This document shows, one piece after another, positions 11,531-23,984 of a stretch of DNA of 64,000 nt (positions within the stretch are counted from its first letter, which is position 1; each line of letters begins with the position of its first letter). The stretch is taken from the NCBI RefSeq assembly GCF_009834535.1, contig NC_045730.1, positions 2,294,001 through 2,358,000 of the forward strand. Direction: 5' to 3'. Below the pieces are notes generated by a model. The model made no database searches. It saw only the letters and a list, made by a program, of their open reading frames with translations, and was not told where the DNA came from. The DNA comes from Camelus ferus (Eukaryota). Both the position numbers and the translations under genes were made by a program.

Positions 11531-14444
11531 TGTATCACTGGCTGAACACATTGACACAGTCCATCCTGTGCTCTCTGCAGGGACTGGTTGCAAATACGCT
11601 TCCTCTCTGATGTGTTTCTTTCATCTGCCTTCTCACTCGGTCCCTGGGCTGTGCCTGCCATGTTACACCTTTCATTTTTCATGTTGGAACAGCAAGGGGG
11701 TGTGTGTGTGCACATAGCACAGTGAGTAAGTTAACTGTAAAAGACAGCACTTCAAAAGCAGTCCTGGCCTGCCTCAAGTCAGTAGATTTCAAGAGCGCTG
11801 ATTGCGGAACGTTGCCGGTCCTCCCGTCTTGATGGTTGAAGGCTGTCTGAGATTGTTTCCAACAATGGCTCCAGGAAGAGAGTCGTGGCAATATTTCAGG
11901 TAGCGAACTAAAAGTCAAGTCCCCTCGGAATACTGTGTGTTGGCAGCTACGTGACGCGCGGGTCCCCCTACGCTCTGGAGCCGCTGCTGCCGTGTCTACA
12001 CCAGGCCTTCAGGCAGCACGCGGCCTGGGCCTGCTGGGCAGCGGGGATGACGGTGACATGCAGAATAGCGGCGGTCAGGCATTACTTTATGTTTGTTGCT
12101 TTAGGGGAGATTCTCTGTGTTTATTTAAGCTACTGATGATTGTCAGCAGGTGAAGATGGGGGTGAGCATTTCAAAAAACGTTTGGGTTTCCCTCCTGTCA
12201 AAGAGAACTTCGCCGCAGGAGGCAGATGTGGTCGGGGCGGGGGCGGGGCAGGGTGGTAATGGGCTGACTGTGGTTCTCTGCCCAACCCAGACTGCGTCAC
12301 TGGTGCCGTGCACAGGGCCCGCTGGTGGGGACTCGGAACGGGGACTGACTCTTCGCTGGTCTCCTTGCTGTTTTTATTTCTTGGTGGGCAACATCTGCTT
12401 TACGGCCTGTCCCGGGCCACCTGGCTCCCTCCTCTCTCCTCATCCTGGTCCCCCACCCCGATGCAGACCCTTGATATATAACTAGAAATGTGAAAGTAGC
12501 TACCAAACTTTGTGACGCTTGCTGGCAGTTTTATAAGCTCGGAAAAAACACCAGCTTGCCCTTAACTTTGCATTTTGTGTCTTGTAACTTGGCTAGGGTT
12601 AAAAGGTTCAAGTGAATTTTATGTCTTCCCATTATTTCTTTAAGGTGAAGAGATAATATTTTCAGCACTTTCCTAATGATCAACTGAATGTGACATATTT
12701 ATGCATGGAGTGTCTTGCCTCTGGGCTTATTTAATACGGCTTTTAATCCTGAGAATGGTTTTATTATCATGTATCTGGATTCCACGTCGTTGGTAGTCTG
12801 CCCGGCTGTGGAAGGAGACTACAAATGGTAAATGGAAGATTTTTAAAAAAAGATCTGGCCAATAAATATTCAACATTTGATCGTGGTTATGACTTTGAAA
12901 ATTTTAAGTTTATTTTGGAAGAATAGGGCTGTTCTTGGTTTGAGCACCTTTCACAATCCGTATTTTAAATGACAGTGATTTTCGTTAGTAACAAATTTAA
13001 ACATAAATAGTCCCTTTTTAGTCTCTGGAAACGACCTTTACCAGGATGCTCTTTTTACTGCCCCACTTACTCACGAGTCCCCACTGTGTTTCCCTTGGGG
13101 TGACAGTAAAAGTGTGCTGGTCACACAAAAGTCACCACTTCCTCCGTGGGGAACGTAGATTTCATGTCAGGCCTTGTTTCAGTAAATTACTGTTTTGCTC
13201 TTGATGGAACATAATACAAACAGCAGGTCAGGACACACAAAAGTCTCCCCCTCTCCCTATGAATATTTGTTACCTGGAAATAAAATTAAAAGTCAGTGAG
13301 GAGGCCTTTGTGGGGAAGATGGGCCTGGCCATATCAGGTGATGGAACCGGGGGTGCCCATGCCAGCCCCTGGAGGGGAGATGTAGAGGTGAGTCTTTAAG
13401 TAGGCCATAGTCTTGGCATCACAGTCTGTCTGTCATCGAAAAATTAATGAAAATAGACTAATTTTCACAAGACTGAAATAACTGATCAAAGAAAATCAAA
13501 AATTTCTCTAAGCTAGGTGACTTTCGTCTTAGAATAAAGAGGGCCGTTGAAAATTACAATAAGCCTTTTTATTTTTTTAACCTAGTTTGACTTTTCTTTT
13601 CTTTTCTTCTTTTTTTAAAGACTAGACAACACGTTAGATGTTCGGCACCACTTTCCGGCGTAGTTTTGCTGGATTTCGAGTCACAGTAGGCTCTGATACT
13701 AGACAGAGGGAGCCGGGATTCTGTACAAGTGCTTGTGTCAATCAATCGTCCCAAATGATAAAACTTCTCCTTCAGATGGGACTTTTACTATGAACTTTGC
13801 TCATTTCATACAGTATGGAAATGCGGTTTGCTTTGAGCTCAAATTATACTGAGAAAAAGGCACAGAGAAAACCAGAGATAAGCAAACCCACTTCCTCCGA
13901 GGAGAGAGTAAATCTCAAGCCCTGCGGGTGCTCTGGTCCAGCCACCCTGCGTTCCAGGAGCACCGAGTCCCGGGAACCATGTTTGCAAACGTTTCCAGAA
14001 CTTTCACTTTCTGTGGCTTATTGCTTAATGGACAATGAAACAGAAATTTCCAAAAGATCAGGAGAAGGGCTTTCCATTTTAGTGAAAGGAAGAAAGCTCT
14101 AAAAAGTTTCATTTACTTTTTTCTTTATGAAAAGCTACGCAAAGCAAAAGAGAAACAAAATTGAAACAAAACAAAACCAAAGTCGTGGAGAGAAGAACTG
14201 TCTTTGATATCCTGGAGCAAAACTGAAAATCTCAGTCGCTCCTTCAGAAAATGAAGAAAAGAAAGAAAGGAAATCCCTTGGAACAAAATGCTAATAAAGC
14301 AATCTGCAAAATCGTGCCATGGGCAGATGACAGCTGGGGGTTAGTGATTTGTATGATATTTGGGGCTTTCTCAAAAACAAGGAAATCTTTCTGGTTGCTA
14401 TAGTTCTAAGAAATTAAATGGCACTGACTAAACACAGTTTGTAT

Positions 14445-14702
14445 GACTCACCGACGTAGAAAACAAACTTGTGGTTACCAAAGGGGAGGGGGGAGGGGGA
14501 CAAATTGGGGGTGCAGGATTAACAGGTGCAAACCGCTGTGTATGACATAGACAAGCAACAAGGATCTACTGTGCAACACAGGGAATTCTAGCCATTACCT
14601 TGCCATAACCTAGAGCGGAGTGCAGTCTGCAAAAATACTGAACCACCATGCTGTACACTTGAAACCAATATTGTACATCAACTCTACTTCGATAAAAAAA
14701 AT
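14445..14702 (+). mobile_element. L1 3' end
   Basis: gactcaccgacgtagaaaacaaacttgtggttaccaaagggg...ctgtacacttgaaaccaatattgtacatcaactctacttcgataaaaaaa. Confidence 0.85.
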
Positions 14703-15640
14703 ACATTCTGTATCATTTTAGTAAAGATCTAAGTTAAACTAGAAAAAAGAACCTTTCTAGTGTGATGGGAATTTTTAATTTCATTCATCATTTAATTCTC
14801 AGATTCTAACATGTGGTCATTATTTTAAAAACCTCATGGCAGGGTATTTGGTCTACAATTTATTTGTAGTTATACCAGGTAATTTTCATCAAAATATATT
14901 CAAGCTGTTACTGAGGGCTAGTTAGCTAGGTAGAAAGATAGAAAGTAATGTTATGTGTTGAGAAAAACATCTTGGAAAATTGCCTGTGAATGATTTGGGC
15001 GAAGTAATCCTCGTCAACTTTCTTTGAAAACAGCCGCCTTAGAATCCAGGGGAATCAGGACATGGCTCCTCCACTTTATTCTAAAGTTAATTAAATTTAA
15101 TCTTTCCTTTCTAGTTATAAAAGTCACAAATTTCTGCAGCTAGAAGTCATTTCACTGCCAGTCCCTCCGTTTTCAGTTAACAGAGATGCTTTTCAAGATG
15201 GTGCCTGGTGTTCAGACAGAGCTGGTACCCGAGTAATCACAGCGGCCTTGATTTGGGTTCTGTAACGAGCATGCTTTTCACTCACATGGCCTAAGTTACT
15301 TTAAAAAGAGTCTGATTTAGGAAAAAGGGACTCCCAGGCATCTTTCTAAACAATAGCATATTTCTGACACTGAAATTACCACCAAGACAGAGCAAGACCA
15401 GGGACTTGACCTGCCCTGGGTAATTCAGGCGCCTCTGAACCTGGTAGCTGCCAGGTCTTTTGGGGCTTCAAAAAGGCTCCCTTTGGTGGCTTAGAGGGCA
15501 GAAAGGATGGAGAGACAGCAGAGGCGGGTGGAGGTGAGGACAGGACAGGGCATCCAGGTGGGGTCAGTGACATGCTGGGGGGCTGTCTCCCTGCCCCGTG
15601 TGACACCCCCTCTCCTGCCCTTTACAGACTGTGAGTTTCT

Positions 15641-16069
15641 CTCTCTCTATTTTTTTTCCAGTCAGTTTACAATGTTGTGTGAATTTCTGGTGCACAGCAC
15701 AATACTTCAGTCATACATGAACATACATATATCTGTTTTCATATTTTTTTCACCATAAGTGACTATAAGATATTGAATATGGTTCTCTGTGCTGTACAGT
15801 ATAAACTTGTTGTTTACCTATTTTATATACAGTAGTTAGTATCTGTGAATCTTGAACTTCCAATTTATCCCTTCCCACCCCCTTCCCCCAATGGTAACCC
15901 TAAGTTTGTTTTCTATATCTGTGAGTTTGTTTCTGTTTTGCAAGTAACTTCGTCTTTTTTTTTTCTTTTTTAGATTCCACATCTGAGCGATACCATGTGG
16001 TATTTTCCTTTCTCTGTGTGGCTGACTTCACTTAGAATGACCATCTCCAGGTCCATCCACGTTGCTGCA
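15641..16069 (-). mobile_element. camelid-type L1 3' end with imperfect 17-bp TSD
   Basis: Antisense L1 3'UTR; TSD acagactg(t/c)gag(t/c)ttct at 15624-15640 and 16070-16086. Confidence 0.9.
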
Positions 16070-18249
16070 ACAGACTGCGAGCTTCTTGAGGCAAAGCGTG
16101 CGTTGGTACTTCCAGCCCCAGTGCCCCAGGACCGCACACCGCGTGGGATACATAAATGTCTCTGTCCGTTGACTCGCATGTCTAGGGCGCCGTCTTCCCC
16201 ACTGTCTTCCCATCGCTTCCAGCCTTTTGCTCACAGGGGTTTAACACTGATGGCAGAGGCGTGGAGTTTCCCGAGGCCCGTGGTCACGACCCTGGCTTCC
16301 TCCTGCACATCACCGGCCGTCGCAGGCAGATGTGGCTGGAGAGGCTACGTGCTTCAGAATTACACTCATCCTGCAGGAGTCTGTGAAAAGCAGCTGCTTG
16401 GCCCCATCTTCTTAGTCTTCTGTGAATGATCTTTGCTTCCATTTTATCTGTGTTTTTGTTAAACCAAACCCAGTGTTTTTTTGGAAGCAGACGGGGTAAA
16501 GATAAGTAACCAGAAGCTATCTGAGGCCATGTGAGTACCATGTTCTCACTGAAAATTCTTCTTAATGGTAATTTTTTTTCTAGCTGATGTTCCATACAGA
16601 ATTTTCTCCTGCAAATTTGCAGGCACTTTCCAGTCACCATCACAGCCCAAGATGTGCACTTTCAAGAAGAAAGGAAATGCTAGGACAGGTCCTCTAGCAG
16701 CTCTGCACAGATGGGCTTTGCAGTGAGCAGTGGCCTGCCCTTCAGCGTGCGTCTTGAAAGGAAGTGGTTTTGTTAGAGTGATTTTAGGGGAAAAAAAAAA
16801 AAAAAAGCTCTTGCTCTAAATAATTACCAGCATTTTTGTGGTAGAAAATGGAAACTAGAGATATTTTAATGACTGACTTTGGTTAATATTATCAGTTTCT
16901 TAGTGTCATGAATTTCTTTCAAACCTCCAAGATAGCATGTGCTATTATGGGAAATCTATGAATTATTTATATTTAGCTTAAAATAGACCATCCTCTCCTG
17001 ACCATAATCAGCACTTATGATGCTTGTTTCCCCCACACATGGCTCGTTTTAATGCAGGGATTATAAGGCTGTAAACACCAGCAGTTTTCTTTAATTACTA
17101 TCCTATATTTTGAATGCGCTCCTATTAAGAGAAAAGCCTCTTTTCTGTCTACTAAAATATTTACAGCCACTAGTTAAACTTACGCTGTTAGGTGGGGGGC
17201 AGTAACAACAGTGTGAGTTTTAGTCTCGGGGGAAAAGAATGAAAGGTACCCCTACGGGGGCACGCCGTTGGCCCGGCGGGTTTAGAGCTGCCATTCCACT
17301 TCCTTTCGGTTTTCCTAACTCTGGTTAGAAACGGTTCTCACTGGTTACAGAGCTGTCTGATCTCTCTCAGCTTCCAAGGTTTAGAAAAGATCCAACAGCT
17401 GGGAGAAGCTTGTGGTCAGCGGGTCCAGGGACAGCCCAGTGCTTGACGGAGGGTGCCGGGTGGGGAGCAGCGGAGGAGAAGCTGCTATGACGCTTCATGG
17501 TCCCTCTTTCCCCAAACCTGGAGTTGAGAGGAACTGATACCGGGAGAGGCGGACGGTGCTCGGGCCAGAGGTCACCTGGACAGGAGGCTCCCTGCCAACG
17601 CCACCAGCTGATGGCCTTCGGACGACTCAGAGAAGGAAATACCTGTGCTCATCTATTTATCTTCATTAATGATCTGTTCCAGCCTCTGAGATTCTGACAT
17701 TAATACATTTGCTCCTCTGGACAATGGCTTTCAGAGTTAGTTATTTTTATAGACAGAATCTAACACAAATAAAGCTAACTCCAAGGTTATGCCACATCGC
17801 TCTGGGATGGCGCAAGGCTCACCACTGCTGGGGAAGCTTTGTCTGGTCTCTGGGGTCCAGCCCGAAACAGAGTCAAAAGAACCCCTGATTCCTGGTGGAC
17901 CAACCACAGAGGCTACTTTGCCTTTAAAATTTTTTTTCCTTTTTGATCGAGAGGAAGACAGATCATGTCCATATGCTCCCCTTACACATCCTTTTTTTTT
18001 TTTTCGGAATCAGAATTTCTTTAAGTTTTGCCTAAAATTTAGTATTTCTGATAGAGGTTCTTGGGATTTTAGGGAGGTGGGTTGGTGAGGACAGTGAAAG
18101 GGTTCCTTACAAACACTATGAAAGTGGGTAGAGTTTAGTTCATCAGTGAGAACACCCTGCTACAGACAAAGCCATGGAACGTGCGCAGAGCGTCCAAGAC
18201 TAAGGGCACACGGCTAATCAGCAAAAATGCAGAAGCTTCTCAGAGCTGC

Positions 18250-18814
18250 TGTCTTGACAGGGTTCTCCAGAGAAACAGAACTGAAGGATGTGTGTGTGCA
18301 GGTGTGTGTGGCTGTATATACATATATATATATAAAAGACAGACAGGTATATAGGCAGATGGATGATAGATACACAGATTTCTGAAAAGGAATCAGTGCA
18401 TGTGATTATGGAGGTTGGTGAGACCCAAGATCTGTAGGTGAGTCTGTAGCTGGATACCCTGGAGAGCTGATGGTGACACTCCTGTCCAGAAGCCACCAGG
18501 CTCCAGACCCAGGAAGAGCTGATGTTTCAGTTTGAATCTGAAGGCAAGAGAAAGCCCACGTCCCAGTTCAAAGGCTATCGGGCAGGAGGAATTTCCTCTC
18601 AGGCAGAGGAGGTCAGCCTTTTGTTCTGCTCAGGCCTTCGACGGATGGGATGCGGCCCATCCACATCAGGGAGGGCACTCTCTTTGGCTGAGTCTATGGA
18701 TTGCAATATTAAAGTCATCCAAAAACATCCTCACAGAAACACCCGGAGCCACGTGTGGCCAAACATCTGGACCCCGTGGCTCAACCAGGTCAACATGTAA
18801 AACTGACCATCACG
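18250..18814 (-). mobile_element. MLT2 (ERVL) LTR
   Basis: tgtcttgacagggttctccagagaaacagaac...aaacatcctcacagaaacacc...caggtcaacatgtaaaactgaccatcac, with the internal TG/TA stretch typical of MLT2. Confidence 0.88.
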
Positions 18815-19114
18815 ACTGCTCAAAAGACCCACTAAAAACTGTTGATGCCTTTTTTTACACCTTTAAACCCTACAGTTAGAAAAAGTGCTCAGATAACACT
18901 GCTCGTGTGAGTATAAATCGGTAGAAACATTATTTACTTCAGAAAATCGCTTCTTTGCTCGAGAAAGCAGATTGGCAAGAATCTTAAACCGTCATATCCT
19001 TTGACTTAGTACTTTTAACTTCAGTGAGTCTTTCTAAGATCATAATCTCAACACATGTGGAAAAACCAGATGTACGCCACAAGCTTTAGCGGGCCGCGTT
19101 TATAACAGTAGTAA

Positions 19115-19295
19115 TAAGTAGATACACAACACTGTAAATTGTAGAGCACAGGGAACTATATTCAGTATTTTGCAGTAACCTGCAATGAAAAAGAATATGA
19201 AAAGGAATCCATGTGTGTAGATGTGTGACTGAAACATGATGCTGTGCACCGGAAACTGACACAACATTGTAAACTGATTATATCTCAATAAAAAA
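19115..19295 (+). mobile_element. short L1 3' end
   Basis: gtagagcacagggaactatattcagtattttgcagtaacc...gctgtgcaccggaaactgacacaacattgtaaactgattatatctcaataaaaaa. Confidence 0.85.
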
Positions 19296-21000
19296 TTACA
19301 CAAAGGAAATGATCTAAATGTTCAACAATACAAGAATGAATAATCACGGCGTGACACATCTAGACGACAAAGTAGCCAAAGCTCATTAAAATGTAAAGTT
19401 TCTAACAATGTAAAATGTGCTCCTGTAGGCAAAAAAGCACAGTGTTCTAATGACCACATAGAATGTCTATGAAAAAGACTAAAAAGAAATTGCCCCTAAA
19501 TATTAGCGAGCAGCTGTTTGGTGCTAGTAAGCCTACAGGTGCCCTGTCTTTCATTGTCAGAATGTTTTTATTAAAAACAAAAGACTTGATCTGATGATTC
19601 AGCTCATTTCAACTTCTTGCTTTACTACTTAAATAATATAAGTGGTGTTTCAACTTTAGAGAATGCTACATAGACAGGATTTAAAAAAAAAAAAATCCAT
19701 TACAGAATTTATTTACACCAGACGCAAACTGTTACTAATTATTTGATCAGGTGATGTTTTGGGGCCACTTCTGTAAATGAGGCGCCGTGCAGGGGCCTGG
19801 GAACTGCAGGTGAAACAGCCCTGTAGATCTTTGCTTTGTGTTAGTGTGTATCGGGCCTTTACACGTAAACGCTTGTCGGAATATAAAGCTCATTACTCTA
19901 GGAATATGGGATAATGAACACACGTTATGCTAAAATGTTTACTTGTCCAAATAAAGAATATAATAAGAGATTTTGCAAACTCAAAAAACGTATATTGCAA
20001 ATGCGAAATCATTTTTCTGTCATTAGCTTAGCTTTCATATCCTCCTAGCCACAATCTTACTAAAATAGCAGTATTTAATAATGCAAGTCTCTTCTTTCTA
20101 ACTCTCGTGGACTGTCCTCCGGAGATGGAGCAGTGGATCTGCAGGCATGAAAAGAGCCCGAGAAGTCCATCCACTCGGGAGAGAAAATTGAGTCAGGAAA
20201 CCTAATGCTGGAGGCGATTATTGTCCTTCACAAATACGCATGGAATTCAGGTCTAGGAACTCTCTGTCCTGGGTCTCCACACAGCTGCCTTTCGTGGATA
20301 CGGGGTCAGTGCTGGGCCCCCATCTAGGGGTGCCCATCTGCGGGGTGTCTGCGGCCACTCCCTTGATACAGACCCATTGTTTTGGTGTTTCCCTCTTCTC
20401 CCTGCTTAAAGCATCATCCATGAAGTTATAAAATCAGTCCGTGGAGGCAGGGGAGGTATGAGATTAGACAATAAAACAAGAGCAGTGATGATAAAACTCC
20501 ACGCAACTCATTCTGAGCCCAAATTAGCACAGGAGCCGCGAGCCTGGACCGTCTTCTTGCTGGAAGCTGCTATCTTAAGCAGCTCCACCCACTTCCTTCT
20601 CTGGCTTCTTTTAGACACAGTTGCCTTTCCTTTTTTTTCTTTTTTCCTAGTCTTTCAGTATTTATTCAAATTTCAAGCTTGATACCTATTGTCTTGTGTG
20701 CACATAATAACTGTCTGCACATTCCCTTATTAACAGAGTCGGGGCCACTTCCTCATCCGTCAGTTTCACGTGACACACATTTCCACAGAGTCCTCAATAC
20801 CTCAGAGTCTGTCTCGTATGAACCCCCAATATACGTGAATGTTTTAAGAATCCTCGTTATGTCAGAGGCTGCTCTACATGTTTTATATTAATTTAATTTT
20901 CCCTTCAAGACTATAAAGTTGGTACTATTATTATCCTCACTTAATAAAAAAAAGAATCCTCATGCAAAGTGTCTGCGGTGATAGCTGTTGGTAAGGAAAG

Positions 21001-21003
<3 letters not shown>

Positions 21004-21040
<37 letters not shown>
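21004..21040. repeat. (TG)n microsatellite
   Basis: Perfect TG run of about 18 units. Confidence 0.97.
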
Positions 21041-21042
<2 letters not shown>

Positions 21043-21322
21043 AGTGGGTACAGGGTTCACTTTGGGGAGAGTGTAAAAGTTCTCGAGATGATGGTGGTGA
21101 TGGTGCCACAACCTGTGAATATGTTTGACATCAGTGAACTAAACCATTAAAAATGATTAAAGTGGTATTTTTTAAAAAAATGTATTTTTAATGGAAGCAC
21201 TGGGGATTGAACCCAGGACCTCATGCATACTAAGCTCATGCTTCACCACTGAGCTCTACCCTTCTCCCTAAAATGGTGAATTTTATACGAGCTATATTTC
21301 CCACAATGAAAATGTGAAAGAA
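21043..21322 (+). mobile_element. old L1M 3' end interrupted by a SINE
   Basis: gggtacagggttcactttggggagagtgtaaaagttctcgagatgatggtggtgatggtg...aaaatgattaaagtggta[SINE]aaatggtgaattttatac. Confidence 0.75.
21182..21268 (-). mobile_element. camelid tRNA-derived SINE (Vic-1 type)
   Basis: Minus strand gggagaagggtagagctcagtggtgaagcatgagcttagtatgcatgaggtcctgggttcaatccccagtgcttcca; A box (GCTCAGTGG) and B box (GGTTCAATCC); flanks taaagtggt / taaaatggt form a near-TSD. Confidence 0.9.
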
Positions 21323-22149
21323 AAGCAGTGTGTTTTAGCTTTCAATAACATTTCAAAACTCAGAAACTGCAGCACCCGTACGTATATTTCTATGAATTTG
21401 CATATATCTCTTCAGCAGTCTTCAAACTCACCCGCCTGCATGCTTGCACTCCGCCTTGAATGACCATCGGTGCTGTACCATAAGGCCCAGTGGACAGGGC
21501 TGTATAAAGGGTGGGGGCGAAATGGTTTCTACCTCTTCCTTTAGACACAGTTTCTTTTTAGACAGGGAGGTGGCCTGCATGCCAAGGATTTCTGCCACCC
21601 ACTCTGGGCTGCCTCAGGGCCTGGGCAGAAACCACGGAAGCCTGGGGTGTCCCTGGCAGTGGCTTCAAGTTCAAAGGTTGTATCAGACACTCACACAAAC
21701 ATCCACTTCTTCATAGCGTACCATGCCGCTTACACTATAAACCTGTTCTCAGTCATTCATTTAAAAACTGACTTAAAGCCAAGCTCCCTAAATACACACC
21801 AACTCTCTCCCTTTGGCTTCACACATCTCAGGCATGTTCCAAGAACCCCCAAGGCTGGTGGGGCTCAGTTCCCCAAGGGGCACCCTATAGGAGTTTGAGG
21901 GTCTAGATTCTAGAGCATCGCTGTCAATCGTGGGAGACAGTAACATGGATGACAAACATCCCGTTGGGGCAGGCCTCACGCCGCAGCTGTCTTCATGTGG
22001 ATGCCTTGAGGGGCACATTAAAACTGGGACAGGAAAGAGGAGCAGAACACTGAGGACGCCTTCTGAAACCGGATTTGTATCTCTGGACCTCTGTTACTAT
22101 GGCAACAGAAGCAGCATCCTTGCATCGCATCAAAAAATGTATTTCATTC

Positions 22150-22263
22150 ATAGAGGACCTGAGTTTCAGGGCTGCTGGTGTAGATTAAATGGGCTCGAGC
22201 ATGTAAAACACTCAGCGCGGGGCCCAGCACAAAGGAAACACGTAAGAAACGCTAGCGCTATTA
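22150..22263 (+). mobile_element. MIR 3' fragment
   Basis: gattaaatgggctcgagcatgtaaaacactcagcgcggggcccagcacaaaggaaacacgtaagaaacgctagcgctatta. Confidence 0.65.
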
Positions 22264-23529
22264 ACGCGAAACCCTCTTGAATTCACCGAAGGTTTACTGA
22301 ACACGCCGCGTGTGGCGGGGGTCTTAGACAACGCCAAAATGGAAGCCCAAACAGTAAAACACAGACGCTGCTAGGACTTGCTTTCCTTGGTGAGACAGCG
22401 GATTCGTGGCAGAAAAGCAGGGCAGCAGAGCAAGACAGGAACCTGCTGTGAGACGGCAGACGTTTGGAGGACCTGCTGGTCACTCTCCCACGCTGGCTCT
22501 GTTTCCGACACTGTGTTAGGCACAGGCGCCTCACCTCGTTCACCCGCTGCAAAGCCCCCTTGCCCAGGGATCTGAGGACAGGAGGGAGCTGGCTGCAGCA
22601 CCGGCCATCGGCGGGCAGGGCGGTGACTCCCTGGCTCCCCTTTCAGTCCCAACCTTGACCTCAGGGGAGAGAAGAGGGGCTGGGCGTTCCGTTCAGTCAT
22701 CAATGGCCAATGATTTCATCAACAAAGCCGATGTAATTAAGCCTCCCTGAAGCCCCAAAAGGAGGGGTTTGGAGAGCTTGGGAGTGGTGACCATGTGGAG
22801 GTTTGGGGGGAGTGCTGCACCTGGGGAGCCCCTCCCGACTCCTTGCCCTACGTCTCCTCCATCTGGCTGTTCCTGAGTTCTCTATCCTTCCATCACAGCT
22901 GGTGATCTAGCACATACTCTGTCACCCTGAGTTCTGTGAGTCACCCTAGCAAGTTAACCCAGTGGAAGGGGGGGCGGGTCATGGGAACCTCGGGTGGGTG
23001 GTGGGTCATGAAGCGCAGGGGACAGCCTGGGCTTGGGGCTGGCACCTGCAGTGCGGGGAAGGACAGTGTTGCAGGACTGAGCCCTTCACCTGCGGGGTCT
23101 GCCACTGTCCAGGTGGCTAGAGTCGGAGCTGAGCTGAGCTGCAGGACACGAGGTGGTGGTGGAGAATTACACACACGCTGACACAGGTGGACGCAGACGT
23201 TTTCAAAGACTTGTTCCTCTGGGATACAGCTCACGCGTCAGCAGTTGCCGGGCCGTGAGCACCAATTTCTGTGGCAACAGCAGCCCCTCTGGTTGGGTGG
23301 GAGGCTCTGGTGTTGAGGTCACGAGGCCACCGAAGTAAACCATGCTCGGTCTCCACATTAACGACGTTAAATCCAGTTAAGTGTGTAATTGATCCTATTC
23401 TCCTGCTACTGGAATTAATATGAACCAGATGCCCAGTGTTTTGGCTCATTGGGTCTTTTTTTTTGACATAGTCACTCTCCACCTTGAGAATTTTAAGCAC
23501 AATAGGTAGATTACTTTACTACCTCATTT

Positions 23530-23984
23530 AGTAGCAAAAAACCATGTTACAGCTCAGTTGTGACAGCAACGTGGACCCGGGCAAGAGACCAAGCAGCACT
23601 CAGAGAGCGGGAGAACTCAGGTTTATCATGCCAGCAGGCCCAGAGGAGCTAACGCTCCAAGCTCTGGACCCCGGCTGTAGGTCTACACAGGCTTTTATAG
23701 GCTGTAAAAAAGGTTTTTTTTTTTACACTTTGCAACATCATATGCAAATAAGGTATAATAAAAGTTGACTAATTAAGAACAAGCTTTGTAAAATGGCCCA
23801 ATCAGGAGTGAGCTCAGGGAACCAATAGAATCTTAGGGGTAAGTTCCACTTTCCTGGGAGCAAGTCATTTCAGAGGCAAAAAGCGAGATAGAGCCTCTGG
23901 GCCAGGGAACCCGATGGTGCCGGCAGGAGAGTAGTGGCCCTGCCTGGGGGTCCTGCGGTCTTTTTTACGCGGCTTCCCACTTCA
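23530..23984 (-). mobile_element. ERV1-type solo LTR with 4-bp TSD
   Basis: Reverse complement aligns end to end with the LTR at 60850-61292; TSD ATTT at 23526-23529 and 23985-23988; TATA (ctataaaagcc) and octamer (atttgcat) retained; terminal CA mutated and poly(A) signal altered to GATAAA. Confidence 0.9.
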
